Under the pieces are notes generated by a model, which did no database searches, had not been told where the DNA came from, and was given only the letters and a program-made list of their open reading frames with translations. From an uncultured Desulfobacterales bacterium (GTDB lineage Bacteria; Desulfobacterota; Desulfobacteria; Desulfobacterales; JAUVVS01), in the NCBI GenBank assembly GCA_964561845.1, contig CAZLRK010000001.1, positions 14,119-78,118 of the forward strand: a stretch of DNA of 64,000 nt, read 5' to 3'. Positions 54,475 through 63,821 of the stretch are shown here, in pieces. The position numbers and the translations under genes were made by a program. Each line of letters starts with the position of its first letter. Position 1 is the stretch's first letter.

Positions 54475-57228
54475 TTATATGTTTTTTAAAATACTCTTCC
54501 GTTTTGCTGAAGTTTCCAATAACTTCCAATGGACAATAGGAATCTCGAGTAAAGGGTAATCGGTAATCGAATACACTGTCGAGGGTTGAGTTGTTTGAAC
54601 TTGAAATTTATCCCGCGATTGAGAAAATAAACTTTCTTCACCGAAAAAATCTCCCATCTTCAGCCTTTCTATTACCTCATCCCTTGGATTCGTTATTTGA
54701 AGTTCTCCTTCTTTAAGCAAATAGAGCCCTGGTGATCCCCAAATTGGAATAGTTTCATATTTGTTGTAAACCTGAGACGTCATTATTTGTGCTATTTTAT
54801 TTTGGGTAAGGTAAGAGATACCTTCACCAAAAATCAATGTTTGTTGCAAAAACTCGATATTGTGCCAAGTATTACTCATCTGCTTTTGCAATCGATTTTT
54901 TTCAAGAAATTTATAATATAAATCATTGGGGAAACGAAGTGCATGGACATGAGAAATGGCTTTCCAGGTTCCGGGTGATGTCGTATTTCTTAAAAGAGAA
55001 ACATCACCGATAAAACATCCATTAGAGAGGTTGTTTTGAATATTAAATCCAGATTGAATAAATTCAACACTGCCTGCAAGAATTAAAAAAATGTGTGAAG
55101 CCATATCACCTTTTTTCTGTATTATAGCTCCTGGATTAAACGAAACTAAAGGGGAATTAAGCAGCACTCGAAATTGTTTAAACGGAACGTTTGGGAAATA
55201 GGCTTCAAGATACTGTGAAGCCTGTTTTAATAAATAATTTTGAGGAGTGGAAATTAATAGGTCCAGAGTCCCAAACGATGTCTCTGATCCGATCTCTTTT
55301 TGTTGTGCGCTAAGATTTGAAGCGGTGTGTGAAAGAATTATTTTTTTGGATTTATCCTCCCTGAAATCATCGACTTGACCATGAATCAGCCCTCCACCGA
55401 TATCTACTTTTTTAAGGTCCGCCGGTATGATGTAGTTATTTTTAGTGGTTTCATAAAATTCTCGGGAAATACCTTCCTTTGAAATATCTTTAGAAACCAT
55501 ATTCTTTAGTACTTCGAATGATGCTATGTCTGCCCAATGTGCATAGGTTCTATAGCCGGTTTCCCCTAAAGCGCGAAATAGGAAAATATTTGTCTCTAAT
55601 GGATGAGGTGAATAAATCGGTTTGACTTCCAGTCCATCCAAATCATTCCATGTATCGGGCGCCAAGTCTTGTATTTTAAAAAATTGGGAAAACTTTTCTT
55701 CTTCCATGGACATCAATGCCGAAAGTTTTTTGGTAACTGATGCACGAACTACCGGGGTTGAATAATATTTTATGCGATGATCCGATTGCATCAAGGTTGG
55801 TAAGCCTGCAAAATGATCATCGTGTGCATGTGTATGGAAAATGCCTACTATTTCAGTGATATCAATGCCCAAAGCTCTCAGTGAAGACAACATATTAGGC
55901 CCTGCATCTATTAAAAAGACTTTTCCTTGAAACATCAATATGCTTCCCATACATGGACGGTTAATGTCCCAACCATCTCCTTCTCCGGAATGGATAACAG
56001 CAAAGTATTCACGTTTTACATTGTGAAAGCCGAGGGCAAAGGCGGGTTCATACGTTTCATGAGGTTCTAAATTGAGACTTATAACTACGGATTTTCCCTT
56101 GTACTGAAATTCGTATTTATTGAACCCGACTCTCTGTATAAAAACTTCATTTTTTATTTCTATAGGCTCATCCTCAACAATGAGGGTGCTTAGAAACTCT
56201 TCTGTTGGGCGAATTTTACCGAAAGCAAACTTCATTTTCAATCGCATCATTTCATCAGCCATATCCTCAGACACTCCGGCCTCCATAATCTCTTCCATAG
56301 ATATTAAGCCGTAATTACCACGGTAAATATATTGCATCTGTGCATAGACTTGTTCTTTAGAACCGATCAATATTGGTTTGATTCCGGAATTATTGGGATG
56401 ATCGGGCAGGATCATACCCTGACGATAGAGCATTTGTAGGATCGGAAACTCTGCAAGGTTGGAAAATTTTCCATTTTGTATCAACACATCGGAAAGCAAT
56501 ATGGCATTTGGTCCGGTCTCAAACGCGACTTCTCCCTTTTTAGTAGTGGAGATCAATCCCTTTCTCATCATATGCTTAACCACATCTGCGGGGCACCCGC
56601 ATAAGATGTAAAGATCCGCTTCGGGCACTTGAACCCAATGTACGCCAGGAGTTATCTCAATGGTATATAAATTTCTCATTGCTTCCTGGAGTGCGTAATT
56701 CGTCTGGCGAAGATTTCCTATTAACAGTGCTTTTTCTTCCTCAAGATCGTATGTTTCCAAGGCCCGCTTTATGGTCAGCCGCAAACTTTGATTATCAAAA
56801 GGTTTCATAATATACTGATGAATCTTAGCCTTGTTGATCGAATCGATAATGACATCCACATCAGAATATCCCGTTAAAATAATTCGTATGGTTTTAGGCA
56901 TGATTTCGAAGCTTTTTTCCAAAAAATCAACACCGTTCAACCGAGGCATCCGTTGGTCGCTTATGATAAGATTAATACGTTCCGGGTCGTTATCTTTCTG
57001 AATGAGTTCTAAGGCATCCTGACCATCTTGGGCAACCAAGACATTGTAGGAATCATCAAGCATATCGGCAAGCGCTAATAAATTGTTCTCCTCGTCATCA
57101 ACGATAAGGATGGTATGCTTCTTGTAGGTATCCTTTTCTATCTTAGCCTTTTTTTTTGCCTTCTTCAGAGCATCTTCTCTAAATAGTGACATCTTAGTTC
57201 TCTCTTTTTTTACATGGTTAATTCCCAT
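54475..57228 (-). CDS. response regulator receiver, MBL-fold metallohydrolase and two cyclic-nucleotide-binding domains, fused in one protein
   Basis: Receiver (ILIVDDEENN ... ISDQRMPRLNG), MBL motif HTHAHDDHFAG and two C-terminal cNMP-binding-like domains. The alternative start ATG 57192 is possibly better. Confidence 0.7.
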   Translation of the reverse strand: MGINHVKKERTKMSLFREDALKKAKKKAKIEKDTYKKHTILIVDDEENNLLALADMLDDSYNVLVAQDGQDALELIQKDNDPERINLIISDQRMPRLNGVDFLEKSFEIMPKTIRIILTGYSDVDVIIDSINKAKIHQYIMKPFDNQSLRLTIKRALETYDLEEEKALLIGNLRQTNYALQEAMRNLYTIEITPGVHWVQVPEADLYILCGCPADVVKHMMRKGLISTTKKGEVAFETGPNAILLSDVLIQNGKFSNLAEFPILQMLYRQGMILPDHPNNSGIKPILIGSKEQVYAQMQYIYRGNYGLISMEEIMEAGVSEDMADEMMRLKMKFAFGKIRPTEEFLSTLIVEDEPIEIKNEVFIQRVGFNKYEFQYKGKSVVISLNLEPHETYEPAFALGFHNVKREYFAVIHSGEGDGWDINRPCMGSILMFQGKVFLIDAGPNMLSSLRALGIDITEIVGIFHTHAHDDHFAGLPTLMQSDHRIKYYSTPVVRASVTKKLSALMSMEEEKFSQFFKIQDLAPDTWNDLDGLEVKPIYSPHPLETNIFLFRALGETGYRTYAHWADIASFEVLKNMVSKDISKEGISREFYETTKNNYIIPADLKKVDIGGGLIHGQVDDFREDKSKKIILSHTASNLSAQQKEIGSETSFGTLDLLISTPQNYLLKQASQYLEAYFPNVPFKQFRVLLNSPLVSFNPGAIIQKKGDMASHIFLILAGSVEFIQSGFNIQNNLSNGCFIGDVSLLRNTTSPGTWKAISHVHALRFPNDLYYKFLEKNRLQKQMSNTWHNIEFLQQTLIFGEGISYLTQNKIAQIMTSQVYNKYETIPIWGSPGLYLLKEGELQITNPRDEVIERLKMGDFFGEESLFSQSRDKFQVQTTQPSTVYSITDYPLLEIPIVHWKLLETSAKRKSILKNI

Positions 57229-57236
57229 AAGGGTTT

Positions 57237-59240
57237 TTATGTAAGTGGCAGGTAGATTGAAAACGTCGTGCCTTTTCCAATTGAAGATTCCACATCTATC
57301 TTGCCTTGGTGTTTTTCAATAATTCCGTAGGAAACCGCAAGCCCTAAACCAGTTCCCTCCCCAACTTCCTTGGTGGTAAAAAAAGGTTCGAAAAGCTTAT
57401 GTTGAATATCTTCTGAAATTCCAGAACCATTATCTTGAAAACGAATCGCTATCAATTGGTCTTGAATCCTTGTGCTTATCTTTAATATTCCCGGTGTGTT
57501 GTCTCCTGTTTGGTTTTGTTTGGAAATTATTGCCTGGCAGGCATTAACCATCATGTTTATAAAAACCTGATTGAGCTTGGCTGGCCAGCACTCCACTTCC
57601 GGATCAGCCTGAAAATCGGTTTGAAAGTCTACTTGTTCTCGATAATTTGTTTGGACCAGGTTAATCGTTGACTGCAACCTCCGAACTATCTTGCTTCGCT
57701 TGTGTTCGGCTTCACCTAAACTGGAAAATGTACGTAATTCGGTCACTATGGTTTTGATTCTCTGACCGCCATCTAGTATTGCTGACAGGTTATGGAAAAT
57801 CGGAGAAAATTTTTCTTCGAACATCTGAATGGTTTCTTTATCAGGATTTTCTCCAAGCAGGTTAATAATAAAGTTCTTGAATTCTTGCAGCCGTTCTTCC
57901 AAATTTTGAGAACAACTATTGACAAAATTGATAGGATTATTGATTTCATGCGCCACCCCGGCAACAAGAGTTCCTAAGCCTGCCATCTTTTCAGATTGAA
58001 CCAGTTGTGCCTGGGTATTTTTTAATTGAATATGGTGCTGTTCCAACTTATCATGGGATTCTTTAATTATTATTGATTTTTGTTCTAATTCTTGGGCGGA
58101 GTTTAAAATTTTTCTTCGATTGATTGCAAGCGCTATGGAAAAAAATAAAAACATGCCTACTGCCATTCCAAATCCAACCAATACAATCCATCGCGTATTA
58201 TAGAAAGATCGATATCCTTCAGATAGTTCTATTTCGGTTGCAAGACCAAAATTCATTTCCTCAATCCATGTCCAAGCCCCTACAACCGGAACACCCCGAT
58301 AATCGCGATAGCCATTAAGATCAAGACCGGTTCTGCCTTCCACAGCGTCACCGGCCATTCGCGTTAACGGCTGCTGGTTTTGGGGTAATTTAGGTCGAAA
58401 GCCTTTCATCATGTTAACCCCAGGATCACGGACATTGACCTTTAAAATGCTTTGTTCACCTGGTTTAATAAGACCTATCTTCTGTAAAAGTATTTCAGAG
58501 TTAATCTGGGTTATTATCTCCCCATTTTTGTTAAAAGCGTAGGTGTGTCCTGTTTCACCAAAATGCCCGGGGTTAACTATCTGGCTGAAGTCCTCAGATG
58601 GATCAACAAGCAACGCCAATCCAGCAATCACCTTGTCTGTTTCGTCTTTAATAGGGGCACAGATAAATATCATGGGTTGATCCTCAACAAGAAAACCTAA
58701 TAATTCAGGTAAAGGAACATCTGAGATTATTGGGTGTGTGACCTGAAAAATCCCCCTAAATAATTTTTCTAGGTAATTCCCATGACTCTCCAAATAATTA
58801 ACGCTTCCAACATTTGCTTCGTTTATCGATGCAATGTTGGTAAAGTCCGGTGCAATAATGAAGAACCCAATAAACCCGTGCATAATGAGTGTTTCCTTAA
58901 ACAAATTATGTATCCGTGCCGTTGCAGGACAAGACAGCAGGGCCTCACGAGTCTGTATAGCCTTCAAAAGCTCTTTTGTTAATTCACGCAACCTGGTGGA
59001 TATCGTCCAGGTTTCAATATATGCTTTTTTGCTTGAGTTCCACTGATATATTGACTCTTCTGTAATCTTGAGAATCGTTTCCAGGGAGTTCGCCAAATCT
59101 TTTCGTTCAATGTCTTTTATTTTATTTAATGTAAACCAGGATAGAATAGTGCCTAAAAAGATAAGTAAAAACAAGAGGATAAAAATTAATTTATTGGCAT
59201 GTAATGAAAGCGTTTGCTTAATTGTATTTTCATAACCCAT
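57237..59240 (-). CDS. sensor histidine kinase with an extracytoplasmic sensor domain
   Basis: Two TM segments flank a roughly 300-aa sensor region. H-box GVAHEINNP; ATPase motifs DNGSGI and GTGLGLAVS. Confidence 0.8.
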   Translation of the reverse strand: MGYENTIKQTLSLHANKLIFILLFLLIFLGTILSWFTLNKIKDIERKDLANSLETILKITEESIYQWNSSKKAYIETWTISTRLRELTKELLKAIQTREALLSCPATARIHNLFKETLIMHGFIGFFIIAPDFTNIASINEANVGSVNYLESHGNYLEKLFRGIFQVTHPIISDVPLPELLGFLVEDQPMIFICAPIKDETDKVIAGLALLVDPSEDFSQIVNPGHFGETGHTYAFNKNGEIITQINSEILLQKIGLIKPGEQSILKVNVRDPGVNMMKGFRPKLPQNQQPLTRMAGDAVEGRTGLDLNGYRDYRGVPVVGAWTWIEEMNFGLATEIELSEGYRSFYNTRWIVLVGFGMAVGMFLFFSIALAINRRKILNSAQELEQKSIIIKESHDKLEQHHIQLKNTQAQLVQSEKMAGLGTLVAGVAHEINNPINFVNSCSQNLEERLQEFKNFIINLLGENPDKETIQMFEEKFSPIFHNLSAILDGGQRIKTIVTELRTFSSLGEAEHKRSKIVRRLQSTINLVQTNYREQVDFQTDFQADPEVECWPAKLNQVFINMMVNACQAIISKQNQTGDNTPGILKISTRIQDQLIAIRFQDNGSGISEDIQHKLFEPFFTTKEVGEGTGLGLAVSYGIIEKHQGKIDVESSIGKGTTFSIYLPLT

Positions 59241-59269
59241 TTTAAGCCCTTTGGCTTGCTATCTATTGC

Positions 59270-59552
59270 ATTCTTGTCAATATTTTCCAGAAAATCTGTA
59301 ACCAAAATTCCCACATTTTTAAACTGATAGGATTCTTCCCGATTCCTGATGTGTCTGTAATCGCTTTTACTAGGCTCATTGTTGTAATGAACCTCGTAGG
59401 TTCCATTAGCTAACCGATAATAGAGGCGGTATTTCAGACCATGTGGGTTCTAAGTCCTAAGTCGTCTTTTCTGGAAGTTGCCAGAGAACCATTTCCCTAA
59501 TAGTTCCGTCGGCATAGATGTATTTTTTCCAGTAGATCAGCTTTGCTTACAT
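59270..59552 (-). pseudogene. degraded small ORF (nonsense codons plus a frameshift)
   Basis: On the minus strand, ATG TAA is followed by AKLIYWKKYIYADGTIREMVLWQLPEKTT, then TAG, then in the +1 frame NPHGLKYRLYYRLANGTYEVHYNNEPSKSDYRHI...DFLENIDK. The frame change coincides with a perfect 7-bp tandem duplication at 59450-59463. Confidence 0.4.
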
Positions 59553-59742
59553 ATGGTACTTTATACCATATAATTCAATATAATTCAATATAAAATAACA
59601 ATAATTCTAATAATTGGTGAATTCATGTTGCAACTGCACCATGTAATTCTTTATAGTAGACTTCATGTGGTGCACTTTGAAGTTGAATTCACCCCCGTCA
59701 AGTTAGCTTGACCGTTGGGCTATATATCAGGAGACATATCAA

Positions 59743-60915
59743 GTGGAAATAGAAAGCAGAATTAGAATTTTGCAGGACAAGATACGGGAAAAGGAATTAT
59801 CGGCTGCATTGTTATTTTATTCACGAGATGTGCTCTATTATACTGGCACTGCACAGCCATCATACCTTGTCGTATTTCCTCAAGAGTATTTCCTTTTTGT
59901 CAGAAGTGGTTTTGAATTTGCGTTAAGTGATGCATTTATCCCACATAAGAGAATAAGGGAGGAACGTCGATTAGAAAGTATTTATAAAGAAGCATTTTCC
60001 GGATTGCGGACCAATAAGAAGATTGGGACTGAATTAGACATCTTGACTGCAGACCAATTTAACAAGCTCAAAATGATTTTTACCGATTACGAATTTTTTA
60101 ATGTATCACCTATGGTCTTAGAGCAGAGAAAAAAGAAGGATGCATCTGAAATCAATAAGATCAAAGAGGCTTGTGATGTAATTGATATGGGCCACAATGC
60201 GGTTTTGTCTACACTAAGGGAAGGAGCAACTGAGCTTGAAATTGCAGCCGCTGTTGAAAATGCCCATAGATTGGCCGGACATGAAGGAATATTTTTCATT
60301 AGACAACCGGATTTTTTTATGAGCAGAGGCCCTATTTCCTCCGGCCCGAACCTCTTCAAAATCAGCGGGGTCGTCTATACGATAACAGGGGTGGGCTTGA
60401 GTCCATCAGTCCCAGCCGGACCTTCCAGAAGATCAATTTCAACGGGAGACTTAGTTGTTGTTGACATCCCAACATTGGTAGGCGGCTACCATGCAGACCA
60501 GACAAGGAGTTATATTTTAGGGAAGGCCAATGAAGAGATTAAAACCCTGTATAATCACCTAAAAGAGATCGCAGATTACCTCATACAAGCTATTAAACCG
60601 GGATTGAAATGCAGTGAAATTTATAAAATGGCAATAGAGAAATCAAAGGAAATCAAGGTTTCCAACGCTTTCTTGAATTTTGGGAGAGGAAGAAAGAGCC
60701 ATATGATTGGCCATGGCATCGGGCTAGAATTGAATGAACCCCCTATTCTCTCTGCTTATGATAATTCTGAAGTCTCGGATGGCTTTGTAGTAGCGTTGGA
60801 TATGCACATGATGGATGACAATGTTGGAGTGGTTAAATTGGAAGATATGATCCTAGTTACTAACGCCGGAAATGAGATTCTGACGAAAAGCCCAAGAGAT
60901 CTTTTCAAGCTATAA
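59743..60915 (+). CDS. M24-family metallopeptidase (Xaa-Pro aminopeptidase/creatinase-like)
   Basis: 390 aa. Creatinase-like N-domain plus pita-bread metal ligand contexts (VVDIPTLVGGYHADQTRS, HGIGLELNE, LEDMILV). GTG start follows AGGAGA. Confidence 0.75.
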   Translation: MEIESRIRILQDKIREKELSAALLFYSRDVLYYTGTAQPSYLVVFPQEYFLFVRSGFEFALSDAFIPHKRIREERRLESIYKEAFSGLRTNKKIGTELDILTADQFNKLKMIFTDYEFFNVSPMVLEQRKKKDASEINKIKEACDVIDMGHNAVLSTLREGATELEIAAAVENAHRLAGHEGIFFIRQPDFFMSRGPISSGPNLFKISGVVYTITGVGLSPSVPAGPSRRSISTGDLVVVDIPTLVGGYHADQTRSYILGKANEEIKTLYNHLKEIADYLIQAIKPGLKCSEIYKMAIEKSKEIKVSNAFLNFGRGRKSHMIGHGIGLELNEPPILSAYDNSEVSDGFVVALDMHMMDDNVGVVKLEDMILVTNAGNEILTKSPRDLFKL

Positions 60916-60956
60916 CAAGGTATTTCAGGAAGAGAGCCCAACAAGACAAATCCAGC

Positions 60957-60985
60957 CAACCGCTGACCACAGCGGCTGTTTTTCA
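60957..60985 (+). terminator. candidate rho-independent terminator after the M24 peptidase gene
   Basis: CCGCTG-ACCA-CAGCGG stem-loop followed by CTGTTTTT. Confidence 0.45.
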
Positions 60986-61015
60986 CCGTTGGATACAAAA
61001 AGGGGAGAGAAATAT

Positions 61016-61147
61016 ATGAAGCCAACACATGGTAGAACAATTTTTGCCGGTCTCCTAGGCGGGTTGTCTATGAATTTAGTTATGTTGCTTACGTTTCGTC
61101 TTCTTGGGTTTGGCTGGAATGGCGGAGGAATCCCCTTGTCTGACTGA
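61016..61147 (+). CDS. short ORF (43 aa) with a strong RBS, possibly the N-terminal remnant of a membrane protein
   Basis: GGGGAGAG lies 6 nt upstream of the ATG. The product MKPTHGRTIFAGLLGGLSMNLVMLLTFRLLGFGWNGGGIPLSD is hydrophobic. It ends 68 nt before a family-B element. Confidence 0.3.
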   Translation: MKPTHGRTIFAGLLGGLSMNLVMLLTFRLLGFGWNGGGIPLSD

Positions 61148-61214
61148 TATAGGCGAACAAGCGAATGGAGCGCGACAAGTAAGCACACAGGCCTTACTGG
61201 CGGCGTTATACATC

Positions 61215-61355
61215 GAGACCTTTGCAAAAGCCCCCTTTTGCCCAATTTCTGTGTTAGGCTCAAATTTTAATCCTCGAAATACTCAATGTATTCCTGTGGT
61301 TAAAATTTTCGCCTGCCTTAAACTTGAACAAAATTGAGCATTTTTCAAAGGTCTC
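61215..61355 (-). repeat. family-B MITE-like element, copy 3 (inverted)
   Basis: Reverse complement of copies 1 and 2. It generates the spurious ORF 60925..61263, which has the same MSLTQKLGKRG start. Confidence 0.75.
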
Positions 61356-61417
61356 ACATCCTAATCTGGAGAGGTTTGATTTATTATGAAATAACTTAAA
61401 TATGGAGGCGGGCAAAA

Positions 61418-61777
61418 ATGAAAGTTATTGTTGAACCAAAAAAAATTGACTGGTGGTTTTGGACAGTTACATTCATTTTCATCATTGCTGCCCTATTGGG
61501 ATGGCTACCGGGCTACTATCTTGTTATGATCATCAGTGCCATACAAATACTCTTTTTTTGGGGTCGTTTTAAGAGTTTTATGGCATTTGATACTCAGGTA
61601 AGAATCGTATATTTCGCATACACCCTTCTTGGTCTTATAGAAACAGTTCGATTCCCTCTCTATATTTTACTGCTTTTGGGGACATACATGGTCGTTGCTT
61701 TTAACCGATGTGGAATTGCGCTCATTCTCAAAAAAATGCCTTGGAATAAACATCAAGTAGTAAAAATACAGGGGTAA
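61418..61777 (+). CDS. small integral membrane protein (about 3 TM helices), hypothetical
   Basis: 119 aa with RBS GGAGG and hydrophobic segments. I recognise no family. Confidence 0.5.
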   Translation: MKVIVEPKKIDWWFWTVTFIFIIAALLGWLPGYYLVMIISAIQILFFWGRFKSFMAFDTQVRIVYFAYTLLGLIETVRFPLYILLLLGTYMVVAFNRCGIALILKKMPWNKHQVVKIQG

Positions 61778-61901
61778 CGCCGTATAATAAAATATTGCAT
61801 AACCACTCACTTGAGAGGACAGCAAGTGACTTTGGGGACATCCTATATTTCCTCTGTCAAGCATAAAGGTGATTTTATAAAAAGGTAATTTGAGGAAAAA
61901 C

Positions 61902-62672
61902 ATGAAGAGTGAGATTCGAGGAATAATTTTTGATATTGATGGTGTGCTAACCTACCAGGGAAAAGTGTACCCAGGTGCCATAGAAACAGTAGAGTGTTTA
62001 AGGAATCAAGGGATTATCTTACGATTTTTAACGAATAGTACCCTAAAAAGCCGTAAGTCCTGTGCTGATAAATTAAATAAAGCGGGATTCCATATTAACA
62101 CGTTTGAGGTTATTACAGCATCCTACGCGACAGCGATGTATTTAAGAAAAAAAAATCCGGTTTCCTGCTGGGTAATGCTCGACGGGGAGGGACTTCAAGA
62201 GTTTAAAGAGTTTCGGCGTGATGAGAACAATCCCGAATATATCATTGTAGGAGACTATAGAAATAATTTCAATTTCAACAATATGAACAAAGCGTTACGA
62301 CTTATGACAAAAGGTTCTCAATTAATCGTGATGATTCCCGAATTGATTGATACCTCCTTAGGAGAAATCGAGCTCAATGTAGGTTCATGGGCAGGGATGC
62401 TAGAAAGGGCTACTGGTACAAAAGCCGTTTATGTTGGAAAACCCAATCCTTTTGTATTTGACCTCACAGTTGATACAACGCGGCTTCCAAAAGAACGCGT
62501 CTGTATTGTTGGCGATAGTATTTCCACGGATATTCAAGGAGCGAATAATGTGGGTATAAAGTCGGTATTACTTAAAACAGGCGCATTCAAAATTGAAAAA
62601 CACTTGATAGGGACCGTGAAGACAGATTGGATTGTTGATTCAATAGAGGAAGTGGGCCATCTGTTTACGTGA
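61902..62672 (+). CDS. HAD-superfamily (subfamily IIA-like) hydrolase
   Basis: Motif I FDIDGVL, motif II LTNST, and motifs III/IV GKPNP ... VGDSISTDI. ATG 61902 follows GAGGAAA. Confidence 0.75.
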   Translation: MKSEIRGIIFDIDGVLTYQGKVYPGAIETVECLRNQGIILRFLTNSTLKSRKSCADKLNKAGFHINTFEVITASYATAMYLRKKNPVSCWVMLDGEGLQEFKEFRRDENNPEYIIVGDYRNNFNFNNMNKALRLMTKGSQLIVMIPELIDTSLGEIELNVGSWAGMLERATGTKAVYVGKPNPFVFDLTVDTTRLPKERVCIVGDSISTDIQGANNVGIKSVLLKTGAFKIEKHLIGTVKTDWIVDSIEEVGHLFT

Positions 62673-63068
62673 ATGTCTCAATTGATGAGGAAAAGACTTA
62701 TGAAACCATCAAAGATCAATATAATGGAGAAGTTTTCAAAACTTCCAGATGAAGATTATTCAGTTCGAATTATCGCTATGATGAATAATTATGAGTTTAA
62801 AATTGTAAAATTTAAAGGGGAGTTTATTTGGCATAGCCATCCTGATACGGATGAAACCTTCATAATCTTAGATGGTAAAATGCTGATGAATTTCAGAGAC
62901 AAGGTGGTTGAACTAAATTCCGGAGAAATGATTGTCATCCCGAAGGGAGTGGAACATAAACCTGCATCCAATGAAGGATACAAAGCACTTCTAATAGAGC
63001 CGGAGAGTGTCTCTAACACCGGTGATATTGATAACGAAATTACGATAAACAAAATAGAATGGATATAA
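62673..63068 (+). CDS. cupin-domain protein
   Basis: The WHSHPDTDETFIILDG ... GEMIVIPKGVEHKP pattern is a cupin two-motif signature. Confidence 0.7.
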   Translation: MSQLMRKRLMKPSKINIMEKFSKLPDEDYSVRIIAMMNNYEFKIVKFKGEFIWHSHPDTDETFIILDGKMLMNFRDKVVELNSGEMIVIPKGVEHKPASNEGYKALLIEPESVSNTGDIDNEITINKIEWI

Positions 63069-63208
63069 TAGCTCATAACAAGCGATTGCACAACCGACCG
63101 GGCTACAGCGACGCCTTTTTAAATTTTGTTGCCCTTTGAAGTTTATCAAATTTTCATAGTCTGTTACTATACCACGTTCGGCAGGTGAAGCACAGCGTTA
63201 TGAGGTAG

Positions 63209-63526
63209 ATGAATCCTATAATATTTAATGGTGAAAAGATGGAAAAAATTTTTAATGGTCAAAAGACGGCAAAATTAGGTACTGAAAAGAAGCCCGCTGT
63301 TGTTAATGTACAAACAGAAGAAAGATTGAAAGAAGTAGCATCGATATTTGAAGAAAAGGGTTGGGAATATACAATTGGATTAGAACCAGAAAAACCAGAG
63401 GATATTACCGATTTAGAAATGTTATTGAATCCACCACAACCAAAGATAGCCGAAAAGAAAGTTGGCCGCAATGAGCCCTGCCCATGCGGAAGCGGGAATA
63501 AGTATAAAAAATGCTGTGGCAAATAA
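63209..63526 (+). CDS. SEC-C metal-binding motif protein
   Basis: C-terminal [17 protein letters not shown] is the SEC-C zinc motif. The alternative start is ATG 63239. Confidence 0.7.
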   Translation: MNPIIFNGEKMEKIFNGQKTAKLGTEKKPAVVNVQTEERLKEVASIFEEKGWEYTIGLEPEKPEDITDLEMLLNPPQPKIAEKKVGRNEPCPCGSGNKYKKCCGK

Positions 63527-63821
63527 GGATATTTTACATTCCAAAAGATTAGTCTGCGCATAACCACCTGCTTCACTCTGACCGCTGGAAGCCGGGGTAC
63601 TTTGGCTATTCCTTGGTTTACTGAAGTTTCTCATGGTCAAAGCAGGCCATCTATGTAACCGCCGCTGGTGAGCAGGACGTTCATAAGTAAATGAGAAATT
63701 TAAATGTCAGAAGAAAATCATGAAGAACTATCAGAGATAGCCAGCCATAAGGTGAAAAATATTTCAAAACCGCTATAAGTCCATCGTTTGTCAGGGGGAT
63801 GTTTATCTGAAAATTTCTTGA

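Noticed and set aside
59617-59694. Imperfect inverted repeat GGTGAATTCATGTTGCAACTGCACCATG / CATGTGGTGCACTTTGAAGTTGAATTCACC upstream of the M24 peptidase gene
   Set aside because: It is real as a dyad, but it is a single occurrence with several mismatches. The evidence is insufficient to call it an operator or a mobile-element end.
60925-61263. 112-aa minus-strand ORF starting MSLTQKLGKRG
   Set aside because: Its start codon and first 11 residues come from the inverted family-B repeat and are identical to the spurious start of ORF 51756. The remainder is antisense to intergenic sequence.
63540-63820. Structured-looking GC-rich stretch between the SEC-C gene and the proC-like fragment (possible riboswitch or sRNA)
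   Set aside because: I could not match it to any riboswitch consensus I know (cobalamin, SAM, TPP). It lies between convergent gene ends, so it is more likely terminator or spacer sequence.
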